Of a DNA stretch of 64,000 bases, positions 1 through 11,225 are shown piece after piece. The DNA is taken from the IMG/VR virus record IMGVR_UViG_3300034019_000586, positions 2,723 to 66,722 of that record; one strand, 5' to 3'. Made by a program: the position numbers and the translations under genes. The stretch's first letter is position 1. Each line of letters starts with the position of its first letter. The notes beneath the pieces were generated by a model. The model ran no database searches and was not told the DNA's origin. It was given only the letters and a program-made list of their open reading frames with translations. Source of the stretch: a virus.

Positions 1-3000
1 ATCTACGAAAACAATGAGGAAACCACTTGGTCAATGTGGTCTAACCTTGCCTTGCCTACACAAAGCGAGTTTATATCTGGAAATAATTGGCCTGATTCAA
101 GTCAAGACAACGGTATAAGAATAACGCTTGCAACGGGAACGGAAGCGGTTAAGAGAATTAATTTAGCGGTTCAAACCTACGACGACAACAACGGTGGTGT
201 AGATGGTGGGTTTGGGATATTTATTCAGTTTAACAAGTCAGAACTTTCTATACCCAACAATAGCACGTTTACTTACGACTTCTACGGAAACGTAAACCTA
301 AAACCGATAAGTAATTTAGATGGCAACTACGATAGATTGCCGATATGGGCAAGATGTCAAAGCGTAGTTGACACTTCAAAGGTTGCATACACAAACTTGA
401 TTGAGGGCTATGACAAAGACGTGGAACTTGACGTAACCACAACACCAGTTTACAACGAAATAATTTGGAATCCGTTAAGTGGGGTTATTAATGTTTTGTC
501 GGCAAATACATCACCATCTTGTTCTCTTTCATGGGTAACTGACGCTGTTTTTACTGTTGCACAAGGAAATACTTTTTCAGGAAGTTTTACCCTTACAAAC
601 GGGCAAGTATTACTTTTAACCTATACTATTAATCAAACCGATATTGAAGAAGCACTTTTAGAGGCAACGCCCGAACTTCAAATGGACGTTATTTTAGAAA
701 TAATTCTCAATAATTTTGCGGAACAGGCAGAGGCAATATTAGGTGTTTCAGTAAGTGTGTCAGGCAATTTAATTAATTTAAGTGGCGGGCCTGAATGGGC
801 TGAAAATTCATTTCAAATGACGCCTCAAAGACAAACGCTTTCAACCCCGTCGTTTAAGGTTGGCGCAACGCACCCTTTTGGGATAGTTTATGGCGATGAG
901 GCTTTTCGTGATTCTACGGTAATTACAGGCAGCGGATTAAATATGTTCGTGCCTTGGTATGCTGATCTTGATTTAAGTTCGTTTACCGACCCTCGAAATC
1001 CATTTACTGTATCTGCGCAAATGACAATTAATCACTTGCCTCCAATATGGGCTAAGTATTATTGGATAGTTTGGCGTAAAGCGACTGAAATAGCTGATTT
1101 TTCGCAATGGATAATTAATGCTTTTATACCTGCGGGAGATGCTGCGGGAACGGCTATTGTGTCCGAAAGTAATAGGTTCGTAATATCACTTGATAAATTT
1201 TACATTGAAAATTACAACGGAGCGAGTATTAATCATGTACCGCAGAAAGGGGATGTTGCGCGGTTTATACGTCAGCGGCTTAATTCAAGTAGTGGCAACA
1301 TATCGGATTACGTGCCTACATTTTTTGAGTTAGAGGTAATGGAGTATCTTCCTTCGGCGGTTGGTTCAGATGGGCGGTCACAGATTATTGTTGAGATATT
1401 TGACAGGACTTTAGTTGACATTGATACTTGGACAGGTCAGTTGATTGAAATTTATACCCCACAGCCAACTTTGAACGAGGACGGAACTTTGTTTGTTGCT
1501 CCTTGGCGGGATGGAAGTGAAACACTTGAAATTATTAACCCACACACCAATAGCAGGGCGCATCAGGGTTCAGATGTTAGTGGTTTGGTTTCGTTTGATG
1601 GTGAAATTGGTGACGTTTCTTTTGTAACAACAACAGACCTTACAAACTATTTAGCAGACCCCTATAATGGATTAGTAACACTAACCAACAATGACAACGA
1701 AACAGAAACCGTTGAAACAGGCGCAATCGTTGATTTAGGTGGTGGTGATTTTAAGATAAACATTAACGGCACTCTTACTTTTGATTTTTCTTCGGCAAAT
1801 GGTGGCTCTTTTGTTTTAACTACAAGCCAACAAGTTTCAGATGGCGTTTCTTTACTTGCTGCAAAACTTAATATTAGTTGGGGCGACGTTTATGTTCGTC
1901 AAAGAAACTATGCTACGGGTTACAATACGGGTTCATTTGGTATTGGAACTAATGCTTTTTGGTTTATTGAAGACCCACACTATTCAGATTATTGGTTGAG
2001 TAATATTCACCAATACGGAAGGTTAAACATTGAACTTGATAACGCTAAACAGCAACACAGGATAGCGACTTCAATTCATTCTGATTCATATTTTACCGAC
2101 ACCGACATTAACGGAACTTCTTCTTTTTCATTGCTTAACGACAACATAATGGACATGAACCCGCTTTATGGCGAAGTTGTCAAAACAGTTGTTTCGGGAA
2201 GGGAAGAAAAAACGTTAAAATGTATTCAGGAACGGAAGGAGAACTCAATTTATATCAAGCACTATCCCGATGTTGCGCAAGTTCCTTCGGGTGATTTAAG
2301 AATAGATAGAGAAACCACGTTTTCAGCATGGTATCCGTTAAAAAGTATTTTTGGTTGTATTGATGCGGGAAGTGTTGTTTTATACCCTAACGGTGAAGTT
2401 TTCTACTACGATAGAATTAATGGCGTGTTTGTAAATTCAGGTGGTTCAGGTCAAGTAACTATATCCGAAAGGGATATGCTAACGGGCAGGGATTTTAAGT
2501 TCAGAACAAAGACAAAGGAGATAACGGCACGACTTAATTCAGCGGGAAGCGGAAGTTATGTAAGGAGTTACGTTGATGTTCTTAATCAAGAAGTTGCGTT
2601 TTGTTTTGCTTATGAGGAAGGCACTTCAAACTTTATTTATGAGATACTCACTTACGATGTATTAAGCAACAGATGGAGGAGCAGATATGACTATAACTTT
2701 GAATGGTTTGCTAACTTCGGACAAACACTTGTGGGTTGGGGTACTGACAGTCAAATGTATCTTCATAACCAATCCGATTCATTTACCTTTCATGGGGATG
2801 AATTTACTCAAAAACTTATCATTGTAAGTAATGAAGACCCGTTAAGAATAAAGAGGTTTCAGAACTTAATTCAGAGGGCGAACAAAACATTTAACACAAA
2901 AGCCTATACCGATTCAAACCAAAGCTACGGGGCGATGGAAACCGAAATGGCCGATTATCTTTTCAAGGTTTATGAAGGGTACTCAATGGGTTACTTTAGA

Positions 3001-3150
3001 CGTAATAAATTTAGCCCAAGATTTGCCACAGAAGAACTTGCAATGATGAACGGTGAAGAAATGAGGTCATACGGAATTACAATGGAATTAACATATACCC
3101 CAACTGATAGCGGTGCAGAACTTAATTCAGTTGAGGTGATAACGACATAA
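1..3150 (+). CDS. Tail stabilization/nozzle-like structural protein, 5'-truncated by the window
   Basis: The frame is open from base 1 (IYENNEETTWS precedes the called Met at 34). More than 1000 aa, beta-rich, with C-terminal motifs (YGEVVK, FGCIDAGSV, FYYDRING, RWRSRYDY, FHGDEF) resembling P22 gp10-like/crAss-like tail proteins. It precedes the ejection-type genes. Confidence 0.6.
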   Translation: MYENNEETTWSMWSNLALPTQSEFISGNNWPDSSQDNGIRITLATGTEAVKRINLAVQTYDDNNGGVDGGFGIFIQFNKSELSIPNNSTFTYDFYGNVNLKPISNLDGNYDRLPIWARCQSVVDTSKVAYTNLIEGYDKDVELDVTTTPVYNEIIWNPLSGVINVLSANTSPSCSLSWVTDAVFTVAQGNTFSGSFTLTNGQVLLLTYTINQTDIEEALLEATPELQMDVILEIILNNFAEQAEAILGVSVSVSGNLINLSGGPEWAENSFQMTPQRQTLSTPSFKVGATHPFGIVYGDEAFRDSTVITGSGLNMFVPWYADLDLSSFTDPRNPFTVSAQMTINHLPPIWAKYYWIVWRKATEIADFSQWIINAFIPAGDAAGTAIVSESNRFVISLDKFYIENYNGASINHVPQKGDVARFIRQRLNSSSGNISDYVPTFFELEVMEYLPSAVGSDGRSQIIVEIFDRTLVDIDTWTGQLIEIYTPQPTLNEDGTLFVAPWRDGSETLEIINPHTNSRAHQGSDVSGLVSFDGEIGDVSFVTTTDLTNYLADPYNGLVTLTNNDNETETVETGAIVDLGGGDFKININGTLTFDFSSANGGSFVLTTSQQVSDGVSLLAAKLNISWGDVYVRQRNYATGYNTGSFGIGTNAFWFIEDPHYSDYWLSNIHQYGRLNIELDNAKQQHRIATSIHSDSYFTDTDINGTSSFSLLNDNIMDMNPLYGEVVKTVVSGREEKTLKCIQERKENSIYIKHYPDVAQVPSGDLRIDRETTFSAWYPLKSIFGCIDAGSVVLYPNGEVFYYDRINGVFVNSGGSGQVTISERDMLTGRDFKFRTKTKEITARLNSAGSGSYVRSYVDVLNQEVAFCFAYEEGTSNFIYEILTYDVLSNRWRSRYDYNFEWFANFGQTLVGWGTDSQMYLHNQSDSFTFHGDEFTQKLIIVSNEDPLRIKRFQNLIQRANKTFNTKAYTDSNQSYGAMETEMADYLFKVYEGYSMGYFRRNKFSPRFATEELAMMNGEEMRSYGITMELTYTPTDSGAELNSVEVITT

Positions 3151-3157
3151 AATTTTA

Positions 3158-3165
3158 TACTTTTG
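3158..3165 (+). promoter_or_regulatory. Bacteroidota -7 promoter box (TACTTTTG)
   Basis: Matches TAnnTTTG and ends 5 nt before the ATG at 3171, suggesting a near-leaderless transcript. Confidence 0.5.
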
Positions 3166-3170
3166 CAGAT

Positions 3171-3953
3171 ATGGATCCGATTACAATAGCGATGTTAGGA
3201 GCGCAGCTTGTTGCGCCTACGATGCAATTTATTCAGGGTAGGAAGCAGGGTAAGCAAGCCGATGAATTAAGTAAGAACTTAACCGATCCTGTTTACAACA
3301 TTCCTTCGTCGGCTGAGGCGGCTTTAGCTAATGCGGAAGCAATGGCACGTTCGCGTTATATGCCCGGACAGACGGCCTTTCAAAACCGTATCGAGCAAAG
3401 TACAGCCAACGCAATGGGTGACGTAATGCGATTCTCCCGTAGCCCACAAGATGCTATGAGTGCTATTACGGCTATTGGGGCAAAGAACAACGATATGGAA
3501 CTTGATTTAGCGTCAAGGGCTGCAATGAGTTATCAGAACAGACAAGGTGATTTAAGACAGCAACAAGGTATCATGGCTGGTTATGAGGATAAGAAATGGA
3601 CAAATGATGTGTTGAATAAATTCCTTCGTGATAGTGCTGCTGCGAGTGCTTTGGAAAACGCTTCGATTCGCAATAAGTACGAGGCTGTAAAGGGCGCGGC
3701 TAATGCTGCGGGTACGTTTATGGGTGGTTTGAAAACGGGTAATGTGGACAGAGAATCAATTTCAACGGGAGTAGAGCCAATTAATTCAGTTGGCACACAA
3801 AATTTACAAGTACCACAATCAAACTCAATGAATACGCAAGGACTGATGGGGAACACCACTTCGCCCGTTGCGGCAAATGCAGCAGGGTTATCCCCTGAGC
3901 AACTGCAACAATTAATGCAAGCCCTTAATCAAGTAAACTTTAAAGCGTTTTAA
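3171..3953 (+). CDS. Putative ejection/pilot (internal virion) protein
   Basis: 260 aa, Ala/Gln/Met-rich and helical, with an MDPITIAMLG N-terminus typical of podovirus ejection proteins; follows the tail gene. Confidence 0.55.
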   Translation: MDPITIAMLGAQLVAPTMQFIQGRKQGKQADELSKNLTDPVYNIPSSAEAALANAEAMARSRYMPGQTAFQNRIEQSTANAMGDVMRFSRSPQDAMSAITAIGAKNNDMELDLASRAAMSYQNRQGDLRQQQGIMAGYEDKKWTNDVLNKFLRDSAAASALENASIRNKYEAVKGAANAAGTFMGGLKTGNVDRESISTGVEPINSVGTQNLQVPQSNSMNTQGLMGNTTSPVAANAAGLSPEQLQQLMQALNQVNFKAF

Positions 3954-3954
3954 T

Positions 3955-5265
3955 ATGGCAACTCCAAGTGCTGCACAGGTATTTACGGGTGTTTCGGGAG
4001 GCAGGGGTGATAATTCAGGCTCTGCTGCGGTTTTAGATACAGCCCAAGACTTTCAGCCCATTGCAGATGCTTTTTATCGAAAGAGGGAAGCCGAACAAGT
4101 AAGACGTGCTGCCGAGCAAAAAAAAGCAGATCAGGATTGGTTTAATCTTCAAAAAGGATTTAATCCCGAAGAAGTTGCACTACGCGATCAGGATGAAATT
4201 ATGAGTGGTGCAAACGAGTACAATGATATGCTTGTTGACTTAAAAATGTCGGGAGCAAATCCACAGGATTATTATTCAGACGCGGGAAAGAAAGCGCGGG
4301 AGAAGGAGTTTCAGATAAGAAATTTAACTAAGGCTTCTGGTGAAAATCAGAAGTACGATGGACTTGTTGCTGCTGCTATTGAAAAGAAAGACCCTTCGAT
4401 GGACAGGGCGTATGCAGTAGATTGGTTGAAGCGTTACCGTGCTTTACCAAGTATTGAAGCACAGGCAAAGATGAGGCAAGAGGAAAACCCGTTTAAGACG
4501 GTTTATTCATTTGACAACACGGTTGAAAGGGTTAAGCCTTTTACAAAAGACGTATTGGTAGAAAAAGGCAATAGAGCAGATCAGGTTTCGGGGTTGAACG
4601 AAGATGCTTACAGGGCTAAGGTAAGACTTGATTTACAGTCACCCGCAGGACAATCTGATTTTGAAATGTGGTCAAATACAGCAGGGAATGAGGGCAAGAC
4701 TGCAACTGATTATGAAAATGAAGTGGTTGAGTACGCCAAAGGAACTGTAAAAGAATCTGTAAAAACGACTTATGATGAACCGAGAGTTGGTTCGTCGGGT
4801 TCGGGTTCAGATGGTGGCGGTAGCGGTGGATGGCAAAACAAACTATCAATCAACATAGAAAGCGGAAAAGACGATAGACTGATTCAGGGAGTACCAAACA
4901 GCATAGATGTAAAAAGAAAAGGCACTAATGATGATTTGCCGCCCGTAGAAGTTATTGGTGAGGATGGCAAAACAACAATTGCGTTTCAACCCATACGTTT
5001 TTTGAAAACTAAAAACGGGTGGAAAGTTTACGGCAAAAGATTTTCAAAGTCATCAGCAGGGTCGTATATGCCACAAGAAACAACAGAATCCTATGAAACA
5101 GTTGACTACGACTTAAATCATGGTACTTTCGTTTCTCAAATGAACGGGTTTGATATTTACAAGGACGTTGAAGGTGCTACAAAAGAAAGTAAGTCGGGTG
5201 GAACGAAACAAAATTCAAGCAAGGGTAAAACAAAATTCACGGGAGTTCCCGAAGGAGGTTTTTAA
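3955..5265 (+). CDS. Putative internal virion protein
   Basis: 436 aa helical protein with a Gly/Ser linker, between the pilot-like gene and the giant protein; stop overlaps the next start. Confidence 0.5.
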   Translation: MATPSAAQVFTGVSGGRGDNSGSAAVLDTAQDFQPIADAFYRKREAEQVRRAAEQKKADQDWFNLQKGFNPEEVALRDQDEIMSGANEYNDMLVDLKMSGANPQDYYSDAGKKAREKEFQIRNLTKASGENQKYDGLVAAAIEKKDPSMDRAYAVDWLKRYRALPSIEAQAKMRQEENPFKTVYSFDNTVERVKPFTKDVLVEKGNRADQVSGLNEDAYRAKVRLDLQSPAGQSDFEMWSNTAGNEGKTATDYENEVVEYAKGTVKESVKTTYDEPRVGSSGSGSDGGGSGGWQNKLSINIESGKDDRLIQGVPNSIDVKRKGTNDDLPPVEVIGEDGKTTIAFQPIRFLKTKNGWKVYGKRFSKSSAGSYMPQETTESYETVDYDLNHGTFVSQMNGFDIYKDVEGATKESKSGGTKQNSSKGKTKFTGVPEGGF

Positions 5266-8200
5266 TGCCAAACAAGATATACGATTTCATGAAGTCAAAC
5301 GGCCTCACCACTAAGGATGAGGCTACGTTTTTAAAGGAGTATTCTACTCCTGAAAAGTCGCGTGAACTGCATAGGTTTATGACGGAAAATGAATTAACTA
5401 CAAAGGATGAAAATTCATTTTATTCAGAGTATTTTGCACCAAAGGGGGCATCATCAGAGGTTGGCGCGGCTTCTGGGGTAGATTCAAACGCGCCACAACA
5501 GCCTTCTATTCCGAGTGGAGCAAGTCCTGAATACCTAAAACAACTTAGTGAAAAGAATTTTGTAAAGAGGATTAACAACCCGTCTAAATTTATTAAAAAT
5601 GCCGACGGTAGTAAATCAACTCACAAAATGGCAACAGCCGAAGTTGATGGCAAACAAATTGCCTTTCCTACTATTGTAGAGCAAAACGGCAAACTTGTAG
5701 AATTACCAATAAATGAGGCTATTGATTTCGCCTTAAAAAACAATGAATTTGCTGAATTTGCCAAAGCTGAGGATGCTCAGTGGTACGCAGAAGGAGGATA
5801 TAAAAAAGGAACTCCGCTTGAAAATTTAGAAAAGTCGCCACAACAAGCGGATGGAAACACTTTATTGCCGAGTGGACTAACACTTGACGAGCAAAGACGG
5901 GCGGTATTAAGTCATGCTTCTAAAATTACTCCGCAACAGGATCGTAAATTAAGTTTTGTACAGGATAACGAAAAGATTCCTTTCAGCACAAGGCAAAAGG
6001 CATTAAAAGGAACGCAATTTGAATCAGTTGCGCCACTTTCGGAACAACCTATTGCGGGTGAAAGAAACAAGCAGTTAGAATCTCAGGTTAAACAAAACGA
6101 AAGGCAAAACGAAAAGAGTTCACTTGCGGTATTAGCAGAATCTCACAGAAACAACCTTTCAAAAGATGTTGACTATAAAACAACGCAAGAAAAGTTTAAT
6201 TCAGCTTATGAGAATTGGCAAAACGGACAAGGTTCTCCCGAAGATGTAAAACTTGCGGAATCAGAACTTAACAGTCAGCTTGAATTACTTGATCGTGACT
6301 ATATCGGTAACGAGGCAACTAAACGTGGTGCGCTTGCCTTTATGGAGAAAAAAGACAAGTACGACCAAATTACTTCTAAGGTAAAAGCGGGTGAATCAAT
6401 TTCCGAAACAGAAAAGAAATTTCTTTACGACCTAAGAAAAGACGCACTTTCGGCAAAAGCGGCATCAGAAAGGGTTGCCTTGATGGATATTGAAGATAGT
6501 GTTGATATAGACACATTCAATAAAGAAATGGCAACACTTTCGGCTATGCAGGGAAGTATGACGGCAGATGAGTACAACGCCAAAGTTCAAGAAATTACGC
6601 AAAGGACAGGTGTTAATCAGGATGTCATAAATTCACTTGATTTAGGGTATAAGGAGCTTGCTTCGACGGTTGAGTTATCTAAGGTCACAGAGGCACAAAA
6701 TAGAAACATAGAAACAGAACGCGGGTTAGACAAAATGCGTTCCGAACAAAGAAAAGAGGGTGCGTACATGATACCCGAAGCATTGCGCGGACTTGTAGGC
6801 GCAATGGGTACAATGACTTTGAGCGCAGCTAAACTACCAAAGTCGCTTATGGGCCTTGACGATGAAACAAAATACGATTGGACAGATAAGTTATATGACT
6901 TTGCGGAAAACGAAGTAGATGAAAGTCAGGGAACTTGGGGCGCATTACAAGATGCTCCTGCATATTTGAAATATTCTTATATGCTTGGTCAAGGCGTTGG
7001 TTCGGTTGCGATGTTTGCTGCGGGTGGTGGCGTTTCGGCTGCGGTTGGTATGCCTTCGACGGTTGGTACAATAGGCACGGCTTTTATCATGTCGCAGCCT
7101 GACAACTACACAGAGGGTATAAATAGCGGAATGAGCGCACAAGAGGCAAGAATATACTCTAATGTGGTTAGTTCTGCGGAAGCATTTGCGGAAGGAATTA
7201 TACCTGATTCAAACTACTTCAAAAACCAATTAAAAACAACAATACTTTCAGCATACAAAAAGACGGGCTCGGTAAAAGAAGCGTTAAAAGTTGTTCCAAA
7301 AGTAATTGAAGGAATGGCGGTTAGCGGAAGTAAAGAGGGTGCGGAAGAAGTTGTTCAGACTTTTGCGGGTGACGTAACAAAAAGTTTTCTTGACACCGTT
7401 GCAGGTAGTGAGTATTACAATTCTACTTGGAATACAGAATCGTATAAGGACGCTATTTTGTCGGGCGCACTTACGGGTGGATTTATGAAGATGTTTGGTT
7501 CTTCAAGCCCTAAGAGTGAAGATACGCTTAATGTAATGCGGGATATGATTGATTCAAGGGAATCCATTGTTTCTAACATTGCTAAGTTCAATCCTGAATT
7601 AAGTACGCAAGTTGACGAGGTTTTGTCTAAGGCAGAGGAAGCAAAGGCTGGATTGGAATCTCATTCAAAGTGGAATGATTTAACAACGGCAGCACAGAAC
7701 AAGGCACTTGATTTAGTGTGGCAGATGGAACTTGCGGAGGACGCTAAGAAAAGAGTTGAGCAGTTTGGTATTGTCGATGAAAATAGAAACAAAGAATCCG
7801 AAAGGCTTGCGAAGGAATTGAACGATGTTTTTACTGATGATGCAAACACAAAACGGTACGCAGACACAGTTATAAGACAACTTCAACAGGCCCGTGCTGA
7901 ATTAGGTGTTGAATTTGACCCAATGGAAGATTTACCTGAATCGGTTGTAAAAACATTTGATCGGGTGGATGAAGGGTTGCCTACCGACCCCGTTGCGGTA
8001 AAAGAAGCAAGTGATTGGCTTTACTCAAAGTACAAGCAGTTGTCTGAAATGAAAAATGACGACAACCGTAAATTAACTATTGAGCAAATTGAGGCAATTC
8101 AATTACAATTAGGAGAAGATATTGATAAACTTGAAAATTACAGAAATGAAAACGAGCAACAACAAAGAACAGAAGAAAAAACCCAACCTGAAACAGAGGC

Positions 8201-11200
8201 TACTGATGGCGCAATTACCGAAGCCGAAAAGCAACAAATCAGAGAAGAAATAATTACTCTTAAAGCACCTGAAATAACGGTAGAATCCAACACAGCTGAA
8301 GTACTTGAAGAAGTAAAGCAGGGTGAAGATGGAATCGTTGAACCAAAAACAGAATTAATTGATGGTGAAAGAATGAAAGATGATTTTCAGGACGAACCAT
8401 CACAAACACCAAAAACAGAATTAATTGATGGAGGTCAAACAGAAGAAATTAAGTCCACCGATAATGTTTCTGAAAGTAATACAGGCGGAGGCGTTGACGG
8501 GGGAAGTGGTGTTGATGGAGTATTGGAGGGCGGGGAGGATGTCAAAGCGGGAACGGAAGCGAAAGGTGAACAACCCGATGCAAGTGATGTAGAGACATTT
8601 GAATTAGTTGAAAACGAAGGCAAGTGGAAGGCAACAACTAAAACATATAAAGGTAGAGAAACGGGTAATTGGGTTTTTGACTTATTAGATAAAAAACAAA
8701 AAAGCGAATACGAAAAAATTAAAGATGAGGCAGATACCTATGGAACAAAAGAACAAGCGGAAGTAAACTTAAAAAAGTTGCAAGACTTTGAAAGTAAAAA
8801 CAAAGAAGCCTTTGTAAAAGCAAAAGAACAAATTGACAATTTTAAACAAGCAGAACAAAAAGAAAATAAAGATAAAGCGGATAGGCAAAAAGTATATGAC
8901 AAAACAGCTAATCAACTTTCTGAATTATCGGATTTGGAATTTGAAAAGTTAATAAATCTAATTGACAAAGATGTAAAATCAACTTTAGAAAAAAGATTTG
9001 GAGACCGTATTGAAAAGAAGCAATTATTTAAAAATAGAATTTCCGAAGCCTACCACCAAGCCAAAGCAGACGGAAGCAATCCCGAACTTGTAAAAGCAGT
9101 AGAATCCCTACTATCTAAAGAACCCTCGACAGAAAAGGAAAGCGAAGTTGTTTCCGAATCCGAGTTAAGCAAAGAAGGATTTACAGAATCAAAAGTTCTC
9201 AATCAACTTTATTCAGACACAAAGAAAAAATATGGTGATAAAAAAGGCGCGGCTATTTATGACGCGGCTACAAGATTGGTCAATCCTAATAAAAATGAAA
9301 TCGTTGAAATTAGGAGTAATGGTGTCGTGGTAAAGGAAGGTAACAAATTTATGTTGCTCCCATTTGGAAATACTGATGCCAATAGTAAGAAGTGGACTTT
9401 GTATAAAGGTATTGATGTTACCGATCAGTTTAACGTTTCGAAAGAACCCGCAAAAATCGACACGAAAACAGAACAGGTCGATCAGGTGGACGTGAACAAA
9501 ATAGAAACAAAAGCAAAAGAACTTCTTACAGGGTTAAACGAAGGAAAAAAGCAAAAAGATCAGTATGAATTAAATGAAGACATTGAAAATGTAGAGGGTT
9601 ACTATGTCATATCTGCAAAAAACAAAAAAGGCGAAGAAGTTTTCAACTTAGTTGATTCAGAAGGAAAAACTCCAAACGGAGCATCAGCCAATTGGAGAAC
9701 ATCAGAAATAGTGTCTCAAGATATAAGAGAGCTTACGGGAAAACAAGAACGGGTCGATCAGGTGGACACGAAGGTAGAAAACAGAGGAAATTCAAGCGAA
9801 ATAAAGTTTACTTCTGAAAAGAAAGTACCAACAACGTATAGGCTTATTGAGGCAGATGAATTACAGCCGTCACACCTTTCAAGTGGTGAGAGAAACCCAA
9901 TGCACCAAATAGCAAGTGCGCAGCCAAAGGAAAGAAACGACGCGGGAAGTAAAATGGCACAGGATAAAATTGCTAATGACCCAAACATAGCGGAAGTTGG
10001 TGAGTCGCCTAATGCTTACTTCGGTGCGCCAATAGTAAACAAAAGAGGTGAGGTAATTCAGGGTAACAATCGAAGTATCGGATTAAAAAAACATTACAGA
10101 GGGAACGGTAAAAAATACAAAGCAGACTTAGAGGCGACGGCTGAAAAGTTTGGATTTACCAAAGAGCAGGTTGCGGGAATGAAAAACCCAATACTTGTTA
10201 GGGAAGTTGACGTAAACGACCGGGAAGCAATTGAATTAGGTCAATACGATGTAAAAGACCTTGAAACAGGTGGCAAACAAAGAATAGACCCAATTGCTAC
10301 AAGTCGCAAGATAAGCCCGTCAGACAAGGCTAAAATTGCGTCTATTGTTTTTTCGGGTGACTTCAAAACCATAAAAGAATCTATACGGGCAAACTCTAAA
10401 AAAGTAGCAGAGGTATTAAAAGCATACTTGAATCCAGCACAAGGTAAAAACACATTTAATTCAGACGGAAGTTTTACTTCTCAGGGTATGGATGATGTTT
10501 CTGCTGTCATATCTAACTTCTTGTTTGACGGTGGAAAAGCAGTATTGCCCGAAGTGTTTGATAAATTACCATTTACGGCTAAAGAAGGTATTCAAAAGGC
10601 ATTACCATACATTCTTTCGGTATCAGATAACAAGTCCTTAAAAAGCCATGTTCAAAACGCTATGCTTGCTTTCTATGAATTTAATTCTTCGGGGCAAACA
10701 AATTTTGATGCGTGGTCAAATGAACTTGACTTATTTACGGGTGGAAGTCCCAAAGATGCTTTTTTACCAATTGAACTCGCTATTGCCAAAAAATTAATTG
10801 ATGCAAAAAGCCAAAATGAAATAAAGGATATATTTCAAAAATACGAGGCACTTACTTCTGACAAGCCAGCGGATATGTTTAATGAGGCACAGGAAGGAAT
10901 GAGCAAGGCAGACGCCATAAAACAACAATTTAACGTAGAATACAATGAAAACGAACAAAGAACAAACTCTAAACCACAGAGTGAAGTTAGCGGTGAAAGA
11001 GTTGATTCAGGAAAAAAAGCCGAAAAAACTCAATCAACAACAATCTTCACCGAACTTGACACAGCAGACAAAGGAAGATCAGTAAAAGCCCGTACAGAGG
11101 CTAAAAAAGCACTCAAAGAAAAATACGGTGACATAATCGAAAAAGCCAAAGACATAAATAAAAACTTTGATTCATACGTCGAAAAGCTAAAGGCAAAAGG

Positions 11201-11225
11201 AATAATAACTAAAGTTGAATGTTAA
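5265..11225 (+). CDS. Giant polyvalent internal virion protein with DdrB-like ParB domain
   Basis: 1986 aa. About 9830-10210 reads YRLIEADELQPSH...QPKER...GAPIVNKRGEVIQGNNR...MKNPILVR (ddrB-like ParB signature). Also has a hydrophobic Gly/Ala segment and internal repeats. Confidence 0.7.
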   Translation: MPNKIYDFMKSNGLTTKDEATFLKEYSTPEKSRELHRFMTENELTTKDENSFYSEYFAPKGASSEVGAASGVDSNAPQQPSIPSGASPEYLKQLSEKNFVKRINNPSKFIKNADGSKSTHKMATAEVDGKQIAFPTIVEQNGKLVELPINEAIDFALKNNEFAEFAKAEDAQWYAEGGYKKGTPLENLEKSPQQADGNTLLPSGLTLDEQRRAVLSHASKITPQQDRKLSFVQDNEKIPFSTRQKALKGTQFESVAPLSEQPIAGERNKQLESQVKQNERQNEKSSLAVLAESHRNNLSKDVDYKTTQEKFNSAYENWQNGQGSPEDVKLAESELNSQLELLDRDYIGNEATKRGALAFMEKKDKYDQITSKVKAGESISETEKKFLYDLRKDALSAKAASERVALMDIEDSVDIDTFNKEMATLSAMQGSMTADEYNAKVQEITQRTGVNQDVINSLDLGYKELASTVELSKVTEAQNRNIETERGLDKMRSEQRKEGAYMIPEALRGLVGAMGTMTLSAAKLPKSLMGLDDETKYDWTDKLYDFAENEVDESQGTWGALQDAPAYLKYSYMLGQGVGSVAMFAAGGGVSAAVGMPSTVGTIGTAFIMSQPDNYTEGINSGMSAQEARIYSNVVSSAEAFAEGIIPDSNYFKNQLKTTILSAYKKTGSVKEALKVVPKVIEGMAVSGSKEGAEEVVQTFAGDVTKSFLDTVAGSEYYNSTWNTESYKDAILSGALTGGFMKMFGSSSPKSEDTLNVMRDMIDSRESIVSNIAKFNPELSTQVDEVLSKAEEAKAGLESHSKWNDLTTAAQNKALDLVWQMELAEDAKKRVEQFGIVDENRNKESERLAKELNDVFTDDANTKRYADTVIRQLQQARAELGVEFDPMEDLPESVVKTFDRVDEGLPTDPVAVKEASDWLYSKYKQLSEMKNDDNRKLTIEQIEAIQLQLGEDIDKLENYRNENEQQQRTEEKTQPETEATDGAITEAEKQQIREEIITLKAPEITVESNTAEVLEEVKQGEDGIVEPKTELIDGERMKDDFQDEPSQTPKTELIDGGQTEEIKSTDNVSESNTGGGVDGGSGVDGVLEGGEDVKAGTEAKGEQPDASDVETFELVENEGKWKATTKTYKGRETGNWVFDLLDKKQKSEYEKIKDEADTYGTKEQAEVNLKKLQDFESKNKEAFVKAKEQIDNFKQAEQKENKDKADRQKVYDKTANQLSELSDLEFEKLINLIDKDVKSTLEKRFGDRIEKKQLFKNRISEAYHQAKADGSNPELVKAVESLLSKEPSTEKESEVVSESELSKEGFTESKVLNQLYSDTKKKYGDKKGAAIYDAATRLVNPNKNEIVEIRSNGVVVKEGNKFMLLPFGNTDANSKKWTLYKGIDVTDQFNVSKEPAKIDTKTEQVDQVDVNKIETKAKELLTGLNEGKKQKDQYELNEDIENVEGYYVISAKNKKGEEVFNLVDSEGKTPNGASANWRTSEIVSQDIRELTGKQERVDQVDTKVENRGNSSEIKFTSEKKVPTTYRLIEADELQPSHLSSGERNPMHQIASAQPKERNDAGSKMAQDKIANDPNIAEVGESPNAYFGAPIVNKRGEVIQGNNRSIGLKKHYRGNGKKYKADLEATAEKFGFTKEQVAGMKNPILVREVDVNDREAIELGQYDVKDLETGGKQRIDPIATSRKISPSDKAKIASIVFSGDFKTIKESIRANSKKVAEVLKAYLNPAQGKNTFNSDGSFTSQGMDDVSAVISNFLFDGGKAVLPEVFDKLPFTAKEGIQKALPYILSVSDNKSLKSHVQNAMLAFYEFNSSGQTNFDAWSNELDLFTGGSPKDAFLPIELAIAKKLIDAKSQNEIKDIFQKYEALTSDKPADMFNEAQEGMSKADAIKQQFNVEYNENEQRTNSKPQSEVSGERVDSGKKAEKTQSTTIFTELDTADKGRSVKARTEAKKALKEKYGDIIEKAKDINKNFDSYVEKLKAKGIITKVEC

